A stretch of 64,000 bases of DNA from Moniliella sp. 'wahieum' (Eukaryota): positions 186,001 to 250,000 of the forward strand of contig RSEE01000003.1 in the NCBI GenBank assembly GCA_003971905.1. The letters run 5' to 3'. The position numbers were made by a program, and so were the translations under genes. Below, piece by piece: positions 35,785-49,112 of the stretch (positions are counted from its first letter, which is position 1; each line of letters begins with the position of its first letter). Below the pieces are notes generated by a model. The model saw only the letters and a list, made by a program, of their open reading frames with translations. It was not told where the DNA came from and ran no database searches.

Positions 35785-36607
35785 ATGTCTGCGCCCCGTG
35801 AGGACAATGTCTACCTTGCCAAGCTCGCCGAGCAAGCCGAGCGGTACGATGGTGCGTGTCTTGTCCCGTTTGTCTCCCGGCCGCGCAGCTGACCTTTGCC
35901 GTCGTTAGAAATGGTGGAACACATGAAGCTCGTCGCCTCCACTGGCGAGGAGCTGACGGTTGAGGAGCGCAACCTGCTGTCGGTTGCGTACAAGAACGTG
36001 ATTGGTGCTCGTCGTGCCTCGTGGCGGATCGTGTCGTCCATCGAGCAGAAGGAGGAGAGCAAGGGCCATGCTTCCCAGGCCGGCCTGGTCAAGACCTACC
36101 GCGAGAAGATTGAGACGGAACTGGCCAAGATTTGCCAGGACATCCTCAACGTTCTCGACACCCACCTCATCCCCTCGGCTGCTTCGGGGAGAGCAAGGTG
36201 TTCTACTACAAGATGAAGGGCGACTACCACCGCTACCTCGCCGAGTTTGCTACGGGTGCGACGCGCGAGGAAAGCGCCAACAGTCGCTGGAGGCGTACCA
36301 GAAGGCTTCCGAGGTGGCTACCGCCGACTTGGCTCCCACCCACCCCATCCGCCTCGGCCTGGCGCTCAACTTCTCCGTCTTCTACTACGAGATTCTCAAC
36401 TCGCCCGACCGTGCCTGCCACCTGGCCAAGCAGGCGTTCGACGATGCCATTGCCGAGCTCGACACGCTTTCGGAGGAATCGTACAAGGACTCGACGCTCA
36501 TTATGCAGCTGCTCCGGGATAACCTGACGCTCTGGACGTCGGACATGCAGGAGGCTGAGAAGCCCGCCGAGCCCGCAGCCGAGCCTCCCGCCGAAGAGGC
36601 GGCCTAA
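35785..36607 (+). CDS. BMH1: 14-3-3 protein
   Basis: [21 protein letters not shown] (intron 35852-35908), [77 protein letters not shown]. Confidence 0.98.
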
Positions 36608-36721
36608 GCCCTGCTGGCACCCTCTCCCTGCTCCGGACCACCTGTTCTGACCTAGGTTCTACATCTGTTTCCTTGATGTTCACATGTTTCACATGCCGCG
36701 GTAGCAGCACGTCCATAGGGT

Positions 36722-37040
36722 TTAGGGTACTTGTGCTTCTGGCTCTTCGACTTCACGGAAGTAGAGTACATTGTTGCAGCGGACAAACACCTCGCCCAAC
36801 ATGCCGTTCGATACGCCGTCTTGAATCTCCTCTGTGTTGATCAACTGATAGAGGCACAGGATTAGCAACAACAGCTAGCCACGCGACGTTGTAAGAAAGA
36901 AGACGTACCTGGATGTTCATGTAGCTGTCAGTGCTGACCAGGTACCCACTGTACTCGAGGCCCCACTTAAGCTTCACAACCACCTTCTTTCCCACCATCT
37001 GCGCCAAGAAGGGCTTGGGTGTGAGTGGCGTAAAGGCCAT
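36722..37040 (-). CDS. SMX3: snRNP core protein SmF
   Basis: [73 protein letters not shown]; intron 36845-36908. Confidence 0.95.
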
Positions 37041-38105
37041 AGGAATGGTGGTGCGTGGCGTGGGCGGCGGGGAGGGAGGCAAGGGCAGGCATGTTGTCGT
37101 ACCGGCAGATGGAGAGCAAACGATGCCAGACTGGCGGAATGCCTGAGGCGGAATGAGAGACCATGCCCCGACCAGCGCGGGGCTGCCAGGGCCCAAGTGG
37201 AGAGATCCGGCAAGCGGGCACATTGCAGTTGAAACTTGCAAGGGATCGTCGAAATCATCGATGATCGATGATGTGTATCCGAACGATCGACGTCATCTGT
37301 GCTCTGGCGAGAGTCAGGCTGATATAACTTCCACCTCCTCCTCTTCCTACTATGTCTCCCCCCCATGTCCAACCTGGCTGGCTTTTCGGTTACCAACTTC
37401 ATGCGCAAGCGTCTTGAAGACGTGGATGGCGTCAATACCCGCCTTGCACGCCACGCGATTACCAACAGGGATTGTAAGGAGATGACCGAGACGTTGATGA
37501 AGAAGAACCTGTGTGGCTCGTAGGCTGATTTCCCCCACCTCACGGAGCTTCTTCAAGAAGAACTGAAGGCAGCACTAACCAGCTGTCCGCTAACCGTTCT
37601 TCGTCTCTCCCTTCAGCTGAATGGCAAAGCAAGAGTTGCTATTTACTCAATATCACCATCTTGACGGACAAGTGAGCACCTGAGTACGAGTGGAGCATAT
37701 TGACACATCCGCTGGCTTCTCAGCCTGGCAGGAGACAATGACCGCAACGAGTTTGGTTCCTCATGATCCGTGATGCAGGTTGTTGTGAAAGACGTGCAAC
37801 AGTACGCGAGCCCGAAATGTCACGTGCATCTTGTAGCCTCATCGCTCCGTGCCAAACTACATGACGAAGATCGCCGCCTACGTGTTGGATGCACATGGAG
37901 ACCCGATTGCTGATGATTAGGAAGGGGCGCCACCCACTGATCCATTTCATCTTCTCAATATCCTCCTAACGTAACTGTGGGCTTCTCCTTTCGACCTACA
38001 TCAAATAGCCTGAAAGTTTTTCCCGAGAACAAAGAACGGGGCGATAAACATCTTCTAGATCCATAGTATCCAGTCAGCTCCCTTGCTCCGGTACTCTTTG
38101 CTCTC

Positions 38106-40569
38106 TCACCCTTGAGGCTTCTGAGGAATCGCCACTGATCCCTCCGGGTCCAGAAGCGATGCACGCCGCCTAGGAGACTTGCGCGGTGGAGAGCCAACGT
38201 CCCCAGTACTGGACGCGCTCCGTTTCGTCCCCGCCTCAGAGCCCGATGCGCCAGGTTCGATAGACTGACCGAGTTGAGCTAGCGTAGGCCTACCCGTTGC
38301 CCCATCCTCCCGATCAGCGGGGGCAGACAGATTAAAACTCAACGAGAGGCCTGCTGTCCCCGCAACATGGGCTTGACCATCACTGCGGCTAGGTTCTGGT
38401 GGGGGGTGCAAAGTAGACAAGGAGGGGGCCGGGTCGTCGGTCATCTCCAGAACCTCAGGCGCGGGTGGGTTGTCATCCGCATCTGCCAAAGGGGGGAGCG
38501 TCCAGACTTCCCGCGACGAAGCGACGGTTTCACCACTCCGAGCAGCGGACCATGGTCGCTCCAGTGGGTTGTAGATCCCTTGGTTTCGTTGGGCTGCTTC
38601 GACGGCAAGCACATGCGCCGCATCCTCATCTTCCCCCGGAGGGCGCCACTCGATGCCGATGCCCAAGTTGCCGGGAACAGGCTGGAGTGGGGGGTTAGTG
38701 CCAGCCAGGGTGTTGGCGCAGCGCGTCCGGAACAAACGGATGGCTGACTGAAGCCATGGCTAGGTCCAGGAATGTGCTCTTCTCGTCGATCGAGAGCGAG
38801 CGAAGAAGGGCTTCCGTACCCGCGGGGAAAAAGTGGGTCTTCATGTACTCCTTGAGGGCGGGGATGCCGCGACCAGAGTAAACGCAGAAGATGGCCCGCT
38901 GACCGAGGTCAAGTCCTTGGGTGGAGGCGGCAAAATTGCTGCAAGTCCGTACGCCGAAATGCAGGGATGCCTGTCAGGCTTAAGTGGGTCAGATGGGGGA
39001 GGGAAACGAGTAGGTCAAATATGCTGGAATGGTGAGGTGTTCGCAGTAGGATAGATGAACCCGCTCCAGACTATGGAAACGTGCGGTAAGTGTATAAACG
39101 CCCTCGGGTGTAAGGTTGGGTACCTTGACCAACCCGATTCGCTTGAGCTTGGGAAGGTTGCTGGCGACGGCCGCCGCCACTGCACGGTCCGTCAACCGGG
39201 AGCAGTAGGCGAGGTCGAGATAGCGCAGTCGCGTGCATTTACGTGTCAGTTGGATCACGCCCGTGTCCGTGATCTGCTCCAGGCGACCCAGATGCAAGAG
39301 GTGAAGAACACGTCCGAGTTTGCCTAGCGCTTCCAGCGCTACATCTGTTAGGCGCACACACTTGCTTAGCGTGACATTGTGTAATCGCGGTGCGGCTGCG
39401 ATAAGCCCCTGAATGGCCGCATCAGTTACCTGCTCGCACCCTGTGAGATCCACCATGCGAAGCTGGTCACCCATCAAAAGTGACTTGGCCGTTCGTTCCC
39501 TCTCCAAGCGTAGGGAAGCAGCGAAATTCACCCCGACCCCGGCCAGCGTCGAGCAGAGGGGGGAAGGCGACATGTCCGATTCACAGCCCCAGGATTGGAT
39601 ATCGGTGGGGGAGGGAGGAGGACATCCTCTCTGGCTGGGGGGAGTCCAGTGTGCTCGCGTCGGGGAAGGCAGAGGGCGTCAAGTTCTTACATTGTGCCAA
39701 TCGGAGTTCTCGTAAGTTTTCAGCGTGCACCCATAGCTCTCTCAACGCTGCATCAGTGATGTACTTGACATCATCCAAATCGAGTTCAACGAGCTGCGGG
39801 CAATTGTGGGCAAGTGCAATTACGCCCGGGTCGGTCACCCTCGGCTCGTTCGAGTTTGACCCGCTTCAAAAGCGGGCAGTTTCTGACGATTGTCAATACC
39901 ATCCCCCCCGTGACGCGAGGACAACCACTAAACACAACCGCTTGGAGCCGGTGCGCCTTACCCAGTGCCGAAATTGTAAGTGGCCCGACCTCTTCGATAC
40001 CCGTCAAGTCCACGGAGACCAGGTTAGGGCAGGCCCCAATCACAGCGCCCAGGTGTGCGTCGGTCAAGCCTGTGCATCCGGATAGAATCAGGCGCTCAAG
40101 CCGAGTGCAAGCTGCGATGCGCACAAACAATTCCCCATCAAGCGTTGGTCCGAGGGCAACAAAATTGAGTCGCCGAACCAGCAAGGGATACGGGTGGGTT
40201 GTATTGCCGGTCATGGCCTGGGAAAGGACATGAGCCATACGGTAGAAGCTGGAGGTGTGGTGGAAAACAGGGCGCAACCAAAGAAGCGCTACCGCCCTCG
40301 CTCCAGGCGCGACATACGGTCGCGCACGGAAAGAGGGGTCCACCCAACTGCTGGAGGGTACGCATGATCTGCAATAAGATCTCATGTGGAACATGCTCCC
40401 AGTCCCAAGATGTGCCCGGACCAAGCCAAGCTGGTACAACGGAGCGCGGCGACGCAGGTGTCGATGATTGGGACGGCGTGCGCGTCATGGCCAGCGGTTC
40501 ATGCGCCGTAGACAACGACGAGGTGGACGCCTGCGACGCAATCCGCTCCCGCATCTTGGTGTTGGACAT
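38106..40569 (-). CDS. GRR1: F-box/leucine-rich-repeat SCF substrate receptor, Grr1-like
   Basis: F-box HVPHEILLQIMR...VCRAW, ALLWLRP, YPLLVRRLNF, CTRLERLILSGCTGLTD and many LxxLdLxxCxxlTD repeats, LPKLKRIGLVK, SLERVHLSYC. Confidence 0.9.
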
Positions 40570-41254
40570 GGGGGTAGAGCTGGTTTCGGTGATGGTGGGT
40601 AAACGAGGTGCGCTGACGTCGATATCTGTGCCAGCCCAAGCGCCTCGATCCTGCCCCCATGCAACCCATCATGCATCACACATCACACATCACACATTGC
40701 CCTAAACGGTGGCTGCTCGGCCACAATCAATATCACGTCAGTCAGTTTACCGATTAGCGGGTTAGCCCCCCAGACACCATCACATGCACCCACCCCATGC
40801 GCCAAAAGGCGCAGCGCGGAGCTTTCTGAATTCACAGCATTCCCAGTACATCATGAGCCGCTACTGACATGGAAGAGGACGTGAAGCGGCGAGGGAGAAT
40901 GGCTAGGTGTACAGACTAGCAAGTGATGGGAACCAGGGGCGTTCGGAGGATAAGGACGGGGTGTGGACCACGCACTGAGGGAGTGGGGCAAAAAAGGAGA
41001 CCACAATTGCGTACCGAAAAACAAGCGATCGGAGTTGATACCATCAGTGCTCGATCGATTTGGCTCAGGTGAAGTTGTTGGCCATCTCCACCCTGTTCTA
41101 GGGGCATTGAATAGCTAGTGACCTAGTGATCACTCTCCCTCCGGTCGACACCTACATGTGCACTTCAAATGAGATGTGATGTGGCACAGAACAGCCAAAA
41201 ACGCATCAGACATTGTCCAGTCCACCATTTGGAGATTCCCCAAAGGGTAGCCGT

Positions 41255-41948
41255 TTAGCCCTCGACTGGCGCAAGGGCAATCAGATTGAAGTTGGTTTCA
41301 GACGGGAAGGGCTTGAGCATCTTTTCCTGGATCCACTTTGCTGCCACTGGAAGCAAATCCTCCTGCGTTTCAACAGGTGCATCTTGCAGTCGCATAGGCC
41401 CGTCCAGCCGCCCATCGAGATGCACCAACACCTTTTCCTCGGGGTCCCGCACAAACGCAATGAAGTGAATCGACTGGATCGGTCGCAGCAGGGGCTTGAG
41501 TTTGACCCTCCTGCGCTGCTTCGGCATGCGCTGAGGCCAAGGCCGAACTAGCCTCGAGCACCTCGGCCCTCTTTGAGGGGGGCTCCGTCTGCGCTGTAGT
41601 GAGCAGGGTAGCCAAGGCCGAGTTGGCCGGAAGTGCTGCCCGCAGGAGAATTGGCGATTGCATGCAGCATCGCGATCGTCCCACACGCATTAGGAATGGT
41701 CTGCTTGAGCCACAAAACGAGTCCTGTTGCTTGGCAGGGGTACTGTGCAGTTGAGCGAGGCCCTCCTCAATGGCTTTGGTGAGCGGGAAGATGAGAATCA
41801 CTGCGCCCACAGGCTGCGGTACCATGGCAAGCAAATCGGGGTCCAAACCGTACACATCGTGGAACTGCCACGATGAGGGCAAGCCCAGTTTATGGGTGTA
41901 CGCATTGAAGACCTCGGGGTCCGATTCGAGGGGCACCCAGTGTTGCAT
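41255..41948 (-). CDS. YUH1: Ubiquitin C-terminal hydrolase (UCH-L3/Yuh1, peptidase C12)
   Basis: WVPLESDPEVFN, FHDVYGLDPDLLAMVPQPV, KQTIPNACGTIAMLHAIAN (catalytic Cys), HFIAFV (His), HLDGR (Asp), FNLIAL. Confidence 0.93.
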
Positions 41949-43103
41949 CGTTGGTGGTGGTGTGATCTAACAGCGGTGGTCCCAAAAGTCCTGGCCAGAG
42001 TAGCCACGCGGGTCTCGCACCCTCGCCCACATCGTGACGTCAGTGCACGGGCCCAGGGTCGAGCCAGCGGAAGTAAATGGGCGGAATTGGGGTGGCGTGG
42101 CATGCCTGGCAAGTCAAGCTAGTCAGGTGCAGACAGCGCTACGCGTTACGCGTTACGCGTTATGTAAGACGGTTTGAGCGGTTAATTGGACAGGGTGGTG
42201 CGGAGTACGTAGCGCAGAAGGACAGGGGGCAGTGCGTTGGCCGCACAGAGTCAGTGTGCTAGGCTGGACTGGCTGGACTGGCTGGACTGCCATCGGTCCA
42301 AGGCACGGCCTGGTACGGCACTGGTGCGGCCTACGGCCTCGTACGGCCCCGGGTGCCCCCGCCGAAGCAACGCGTCCAGCAAGTGGAGTGGCGAGGGCAC
42401 CTGGGCGCACCAGCACACTGGTGCGCTCAGCGGGGCAACACGGAGCAAGATCGACGAGCGACAGGGGGTCGTGGCCAGGGTGTGGCAGGGTGTGGCAACG
42501 ATGCGGGGCACACACACTGTCCCCATGCGCCTCTGCACCCGCTGCGGCCACGTGGGGCAGGGTCTAAGGCACAGTCACCGGTCGTGCGGCCAGTACCCGG
42601 CACTGAGTACAGAGCACTGACGTGCTGTGACCTGACCAGTTGGCCGCGGCACCATACTGGCCTCGCGTGTTGTCTGAGCTCGACGTGTGCTTTGCCGCGC
42701 GAAAGCGTGCAGGTGCCCATACGGTCTAAGATCTAAGAGTCCTGAGTAGGTTCTCGCTGAAATAACGAGTGCGTTGAGGCCGACGACCGAGTTCTGGGGT
42801 CTGCCGAGTACTGAGTTACTGAGTGCGCAGGATGGAAGCTTGAGCTTGACTTGATTAAGCTTGATTAATGTGAGTAATTTGATTCGAGCTCAAGCTCTCA
42901 AGCTCTCAAAATCAGATCTCAGATCTCGAGACTCGACGGGTTCAACCTACGTGTGCAACCTCCAAGCTTCAAGCCGCGTTGTACAAGCTCATCAGGGCCC
43001 AAGCCCACTGCTGTGAGCTACAACTCTTCACCACCATCTATCTGCCCCACGTTCGCCGCCTACCTTTCCCGCTTCCCCATCTGCCTCTCTCCGCCCAGTC
43101 GCA

Positions 43104-43934
43104 ATGGCACTGCGCTCCCCCTACGACGAGACCGTTCCAACATACGAGGTGGCCTCTTCCCCATCCCAGGCTGCTTGGGGGGGCGACTGGCCGATCTACT
43201 CGCGTAAGGACGTCATGGATGAGGCGTGGGCACCTCGGTCCCGCTCCTTCGATCCACCTGAGGACCTGAGCCATCTACTGGGCCATCTCTCATTCTCCTC
43301 CACCTCTTCGGCCCCCCCGGTCAGAACGACGACCGAGCCTGGGCATGCCCGGGTCCCCGCAGAGTACGATTTCAATGCCCGCTATCGGGCCTGCGAGGAA
43401 TCCCCAACCGGCTCAAGCAAGATCCTAATGAGGAGATCACCACCATCTTTCTCGCTGGCTTCCCGGAAGACATCACGGAGCGCGAATTCAGCAACTACTT
43501 TGTGTTTGCTCGTGGCTTCGAGGCATCGTCGAAATTTCCCTCGTCCGAGGAAAGAAAAAAGAATGAGCAGATCATTGGGTTTGCCAAGTTCCGTTCGCGT
43601 GCTGATGCCGCCAATGCCAAGGACTTCCTCAATGGACGCCTTGTTGATGCGACCGAGGATGCGTACTCAAAACCGAGATGGCCAAGAAAAACCTGCACAC
43701 CAAGTCGTCCCGCCCCCCGGGTACCGCGACGCCAGGGAACGCTTCCTGGTCGAAAGGGCGCGTCACCTTTCGAGCCTGGGATTGCCCATGGGACAGGGCT
43801 CGTTGGGTGAGATGGGATCCAGCCTGGGTACTGACCCTCTGTCCCCAATTACCCCTGGACAATTGAGCCCGCCGCCGTTCCGGTTTGACGAACGACTGCC
43901 CAAAGAGTACCACCTCCCCGTCGAGTTCCGGTAA
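43104..43934 (+). CDS. Short RRM protein of the Whi3/Scw1/RBPMS (couch-potato) type
   Basis: Reconstructed EEITTIFLAGFPEDITEREFSNYFVFARGFEAS...QIIGFAKFRSRADAANAKDFLNGR...KTEMAKKNLH; followed by AT-rich 3' UTR-like sequence. Confidence 0.8.
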   Translation: MALRSPYDETVPTYEVASSPSQAAWGGDWPIYSRKDVMDEAWAPRSRSFDPPEDLSHLLGHLSFSSTSSAPPVRTTTEPGHARVPAEYDFNARYRACEESPTGSSKILMRRSPPSFSLASRKTSRSANSATTLCLLVASRHRRNFPRPRKEKRMSRSLGLPSSVRVLMPPMPRTSSMDALLMRPRMRTQNRDGQEKPAHQVVPPPGYRDARERFLVERARHLSSLGLPMGQGSLGEMGSSLGTDPLSPITPGQLSPPPFRFDERLPKEYHLPVEFR

Positions 43935-45347
43935 CTCTATAACCCCTATACGAGCTTTTCCGTTTTTGGTTGGGATACTTTATAATCACTTTCAACTGTT
44001 ATCACCTCTGCCAACTACCTTTTGGATGCCCATCTCATTCATCTCGCTTTCCGAAATTCCTTCAACAACTTCAAACCCATCTTACCGTATGCACTTCACG
44101 AACAGGCCTGCATTTTCATTCTTTACTCTTCTTTCTCAGCAGTAGTTGCAGTAGTAGTTTTGCATTACCACAACATGATATCTTTTTTTCTTGCGTTTTT
44201 GCCTGTAGAAGGTAATAAACGATTTCTATTTAATGAGCGGCGGCAGGAGTCTTAGTGGGCGTAAGAACAGTGACTGTAGTGACTAGTAACCCTTCGTTTT
44301 GAGGCAGATGATTCATCGACATCTGGACATGGAGGGCATGCCAGATGGAAAGGGGACGGAGGCTGCGATGGTCGATGATCGATGCGATCTGTGAGAGGCG
44401 GGCTGGATGGTGCAGAACTCTCCAAATAAGAATTACGTGCACACTTGTAGCGCAGCATGATGCATGAGGTGCATGCAGTGCATGTGCGTGTGGGCGCATG
44501 AGGCCATCAGGCCATGAGGTGCATGAGGCCAGCGGTCAAGCCGGAGGTCAGAAGAAAGAGTGGCATCTAAGATCCGACGTCTGACGCATCCTTCTTCTCC
44601 TGGGAACGGCGACGGCAAAAAGCGAGCTCCCCCCGAGGGCTTATTGGCAGAGGTGTTCGTGCGCTGGCCTGCGTTGGTCCCAGCAGGCATCATTATGCAT
44701 CATTTATCATTGATGCATTTGTCGCCATGTCACCTATCGGAGAGCCTGGCCCAGAGGATGTGTGACGGAGTAGTCAGGCTAGGGTTGCGGTTGGGCCACA
44801 TCTGTCACACGTGACGTGTGGCGTCATGCATCATGCATCGTGTGTGGTCGCTTTCTTGGCGTGCGGGCGCAGACAGGCGCAGGGGGGCACTGAGCACGGC
44901 GTACGGAGGACTGGCCCCAAGGCGGAGGCGTCGCGTCACCTCGGAGCGCACGGCAGCAGTGTTGCTCCACCCCGCGCGCCCCGCAAGCCGCGAGGCAGCG
45001 AGGCAGCGCGGCGTGGCTGCTCAGCAGGGCTCAGGCTGAGCAGCTGAGTGCTGGCGGATGGCTCCGACTCCGGTGCGAGTGCATCTCCAGAGCGCTTCGC
45101 TTAGCTATCCGCTCGCCTTACCTCAGGCTCCCCTCAAAAGCTTGATGAAACGTCCAGCGCGTCACGCGCCGCTCTGGGCTCCACGCCGCCGCAATCTCCC
45201 CTGCACCCACCGGGAAAACAGGGTGCTTAGCATACATCCCTCTTCTTCCGCCGCGTCGCCGCCACCACCACCATCGCCCCCATCTCCACACCCCCACATG
45301 GCCGACACACGGCGTCCGCCATCGCCACCGTCCTAGCAGAGCGGGGC

Positions 45348-48329
45348 ATGGACCCCGCCATCAGTGCCGCAACTGTGGCGGCCTGTGCCCATCAGACTCA
45401 AGCCCAAGACTTCGGCGACCCATATCCACCCGCCCTTCCGTCCCCGTCCCCCAGCTGCCTGGAGAGATGGAGGTGTCAATGTACGATGACGAAGACGGGC
45501 AGGAGCTGCCTGACGAGTATTACGAGCAAGAGCCGTGGCCGTATATCCCTCCTGGTGCCGAGCTGGGTATTCCAGTGCCCTATCCCCCCGAACACGGTGC
45601 CGCCCTTCTTACAGAGGCCTTGCAAGTCGGTTGGCCTCTTCCTCAGGGCATGCAAGCCCCCACCACCTGGGCCAATGGTGCCCCTGTTGTGCCTGGCATC
45701 CATCAACTGAGTCTTCCCTGTGAGCTGGCCGCAGAAGGCTCGCTGCTGCTTCATATGGCACAGAGGGACGCCTCCAATGCCGTTCTCCGATCCCATCGTC
45801 GCCGAGCCCACTTTTCCATTCCTGACGTTACAGTCACCGCCGATCCCGACGAGGGAGGCGAGACGACCCAGCAAGTGACAGTTCCCGCAAGCAAGCGGCG
45901 TTCCATGGTCTTCCACCATGACAATAGTTCCTCCCCAACCATCGCCCCTGAGATCTCGGATGAGGAAGCGATTCCGATTATGGATCTACAGGCGCATCCT
46001 CATCAGCGCCAAAGCACAGCCCAGTCCTCCCTCAGCTCTCATACGGAGACGTGGATGACGCCACAGTCGTCTCCGCTGATCAGCCCGCCGCCGACAGAAG
46101 AAAGCTTTTTGCCTTCGGTGAACCAGGGAAGGGTGGAGGAGGAAAAATTCATGAGCAACACCGCACGCATGGTCCTTGCTTCGGCCTCCTCGGTGCAAGC
46201 ACGTCTTGAATGGAACGCCATGGCCTATACCGCTTCCGAGAAAAAAATGGTTCCGTCCCGCAAGCAGGGCCCCGAGACGGGCATAAAAGATGAATTGGCC
46301 CCGGATCTATCTCACGTCTTGCACCGGAACTCTTTAGGGGGAGAAAGCGTGCCCCTAGGGAAAGTTGTGTCTGATCCAGACAACCCAGTCAAGAGGCATC
46401 CTCCTTCTGCTCCGATGGCAGACTCACCGGCCATACGGGCTACTTCTCCTGAATTTCCCTCTCAGAGTACATCGCGCGATTTGGAGACATCCTTGACATC
46501 TGCTACCCTCCCCGCCGCTTCCTCTTCCGTTGTTTCCCCACCTTCCGTTCCTTCTTTACCGTCCCACCCGCTCTCTCCACCTGCGTCCGCTTCTCTCGTC
46601 TCGAACAACACACTGCCGTCTTCTCAGCGGCCATCAAAACTGCTTGGAATGGAGCATGCGGCGAGTCCCAACCGCAGTGAGGCAGAAGACATGATGCCCC
46701 CTCCCGAAGCAGCCGACAAACGACGGCTGTCCTACCTAGTCTCCTCGGATTTGCTCGATGATTGTCCTTGGATCATTGACACGCCTGTCGAATCCCTGAC
46801 CGCTTTCCCGGAGAGCAAGACCCTCCCGTTCGGGAGCAAAAAGACGTGCCAGGCCCAGTCGGGCCGTCAGGCCGAGAGATTCCAGTTCCTTCTGCGCATT
46901 CCCCTCCGCCTGTCCGACCGCCGGTGCCGGCTCCCTCGGCCTCAGCAGAGGAACATGAGCCCTTCCCTGATCTGGACGGTTTCGACTCTCACAGCAACTT
47001 CTCTCTCGCTGACACGTTGGGCAGCCCTGAGATCTCCCATGCCGTCCTCCATGCTCCTACACCGGGGTTGCGCCCTGGAGTTCCTCTTGAAGGCACGAGA
47101 CCAAACGGCATGCAATCTCCCCATTCTTTGAGGGAGAGATCTTTGTCGACTGAGCCCTCTTCCCCGCCTGCCTCGACACCCTCTGCCCCCACTATGACAG
47201 GGACCCGTCCCCTTCCTGGAGGAATTCTCCGGGGTCCTTCTTCGTCTGCGCGGGAGCACCGTTCACCCTCACTCGTGAAGGCTCCTCTTCAAGCTTTCCG
47301 GGCAGCATCCCCTCTCCCCACGTCCCGAAGAGTGGTACGAAGGATGGCAAGTCTCCTACGTTCGTTGTGCCTACCCCCTCGATCCCATTCAGGGTCAAGG
47401 TGGCACCGATTGTCACACCTCACTCTTCTGGTGCATCCAAGGGTTCCAGGTCCGGGTCCGAGTCCGGGTCGGGTTCAGGAGTGTTGGAGAGCTTGCCTGA
47501 CAGTCTAAAGGGTGTGACTCCCCTAGGAAAGGGAGACGCAGTCTAGCGGACCGCAGAGCGGCATGGCAGGCGTCTAAGGCTGCGGCCAAGACGGAGAAGG
47601 CCAAGCTCAAGGCCGAGGTTGCGCTGCTCAAGGACCTTGAACGGGTGGATAAGATGGTGCGCGCTCACGATGCCAAGAAGGGAGGGAGGGGAACAAGGTG
47701 GAAAATGGAAAGTTCAAGGCGTGGAAGAGAAAGACGATGCTTTCTCTTTCCCCGGGGTTGCATCAGGGCAAGTCTTCCCCAGACTCTGCGACGCCCCGCC
47801 CCAGCTCTCTTCCTCTTCAACCTCCCGCTCCGACGTCTGCGCCGCGCTCAGTTCCCCGTCGGCCGGCTGCGCAGTCGCTGCAGCCCAGTGCACCCATCGT
47901 TACCCCTATTCGAGCCTCTCACCCCGCCTCGCGCCCTTCCTCTCGCTCGTCTCGGTCGAGTATGAGATCAGCCGCCTCGGTCCACCGTGTTGCCAATCCA
48001 ACTCCAGGCACAGCCTATTCTCCTGCCCAGGCAAGGGCTCGCTCATCCAGCCCACCGGTGGGCCGGGGTCCGCGTCACCCACATCAGGTGGGGCCAACGC
48101 CGCACCCGTTCCTGGGACCCGAGCCTCCACCTCGTCGCAGTCTCACGTGCCTACGTCGCCTTCTCCCCCTCCGGTGCACCAGGACCTGTCGAGCGCCAGC
48201 TCCAGCACGACCGTCTCCGATCCGGGCGGGGTGAAGCGACCGCTGTCGACCTATACCACCCGCCGCCGTACGCCTGCGCAGAAGGAATTGGATTTGTACG
48301 TGTTCCCCCGCAAGGCTGCGATGCATTAG
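45348..48329 (+). CDS. Hypothetical Pro/Ser-rich, largely disordered protein
   Basis: 554-aa ORF 45467-47131 plus overlapping downstream ORFs linked by indels; short helical block AKTEKAKLKAEVALLKDLERVDKMVRAHD. No recognisable domain. Confidence 0.55.
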
Positions 48330-49112
48330 GATCCCAAGAGCGCGTCGGTCCCCGATATCCATCAATCTCTCGTTCAGATCTGCCCTTGCGGGCCAAGCAA
48401 CGCTTGCCTCTTGCCTCTTGCCTTTTGCCTTTTGCCTCGTGTACTTTTTCCTGCGTTGCCATGTACTGGGACGGGCTGGCCCCCTTTACCCGTCGGATTG
48501 TGCCATATTCCCACCCATTTTTTTGCCCAATCATCGCACCCGGTTCAAGCCGGAACCCTGATGTGGTCGGCGCACAACGAGTAGAGAGATAGATGTGCCT
48601 GTCATATTAGTTTGGCTGAGCGTTGATCTTGCTCCTATTTCCGATGCTTTCCATTTGGTTGGAAAGCGTACTAACAGTCTTGCTCTTTCCCTGCTTTGCT
48701 GCCACTTTTCGGCTTTGATCTATACCCTCCATGCGATTGCTTTTTCCCCACGGACGATTGCTACATTCCCCGACCTTGTCGACTGTGACGTGACACCTCC
48801 CACATCTAATAGCAGTCTTGGGAGTAAGTGCGACACCAGCCACTGCAGGTCAGTTAGGGGAAGCCAGCTACTTGAAGCGATCCTAGCTATCCGGCCACGT
48901 TTGGCCCTGAACAAGGGAAAAGCTACAGTGCCCACGGAAATGGATATGGAAGACCATGAATTCGCAGAACGAACAGGATGCAAAGTGGGTACGGTCAGGT
49001 TAGGGTCACCTAACAGCGGAGCACTCGGCACAGTTTTGGGTACATAGGACGCATAGCGGCATGCAAGAGGAAGGGGAACGGCAAAGCAGCAGTAGCAAGG
49101 AACGCTAACGCT

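Noticed and set aside
36718..36727. TTAGGG-like sequences here and near 49000 as interstitial telomere
   Set aside because: Only one or two units, not an array; the first overlaps the SmF stop codon.
45298..45336. uORF MADTRRPPSPPS* just before the Pro/Ser-rich gene
   Set aside because: With this indel rate it may simply be the true N-terminus out of frame; cannot be distinguished from sequence alone.
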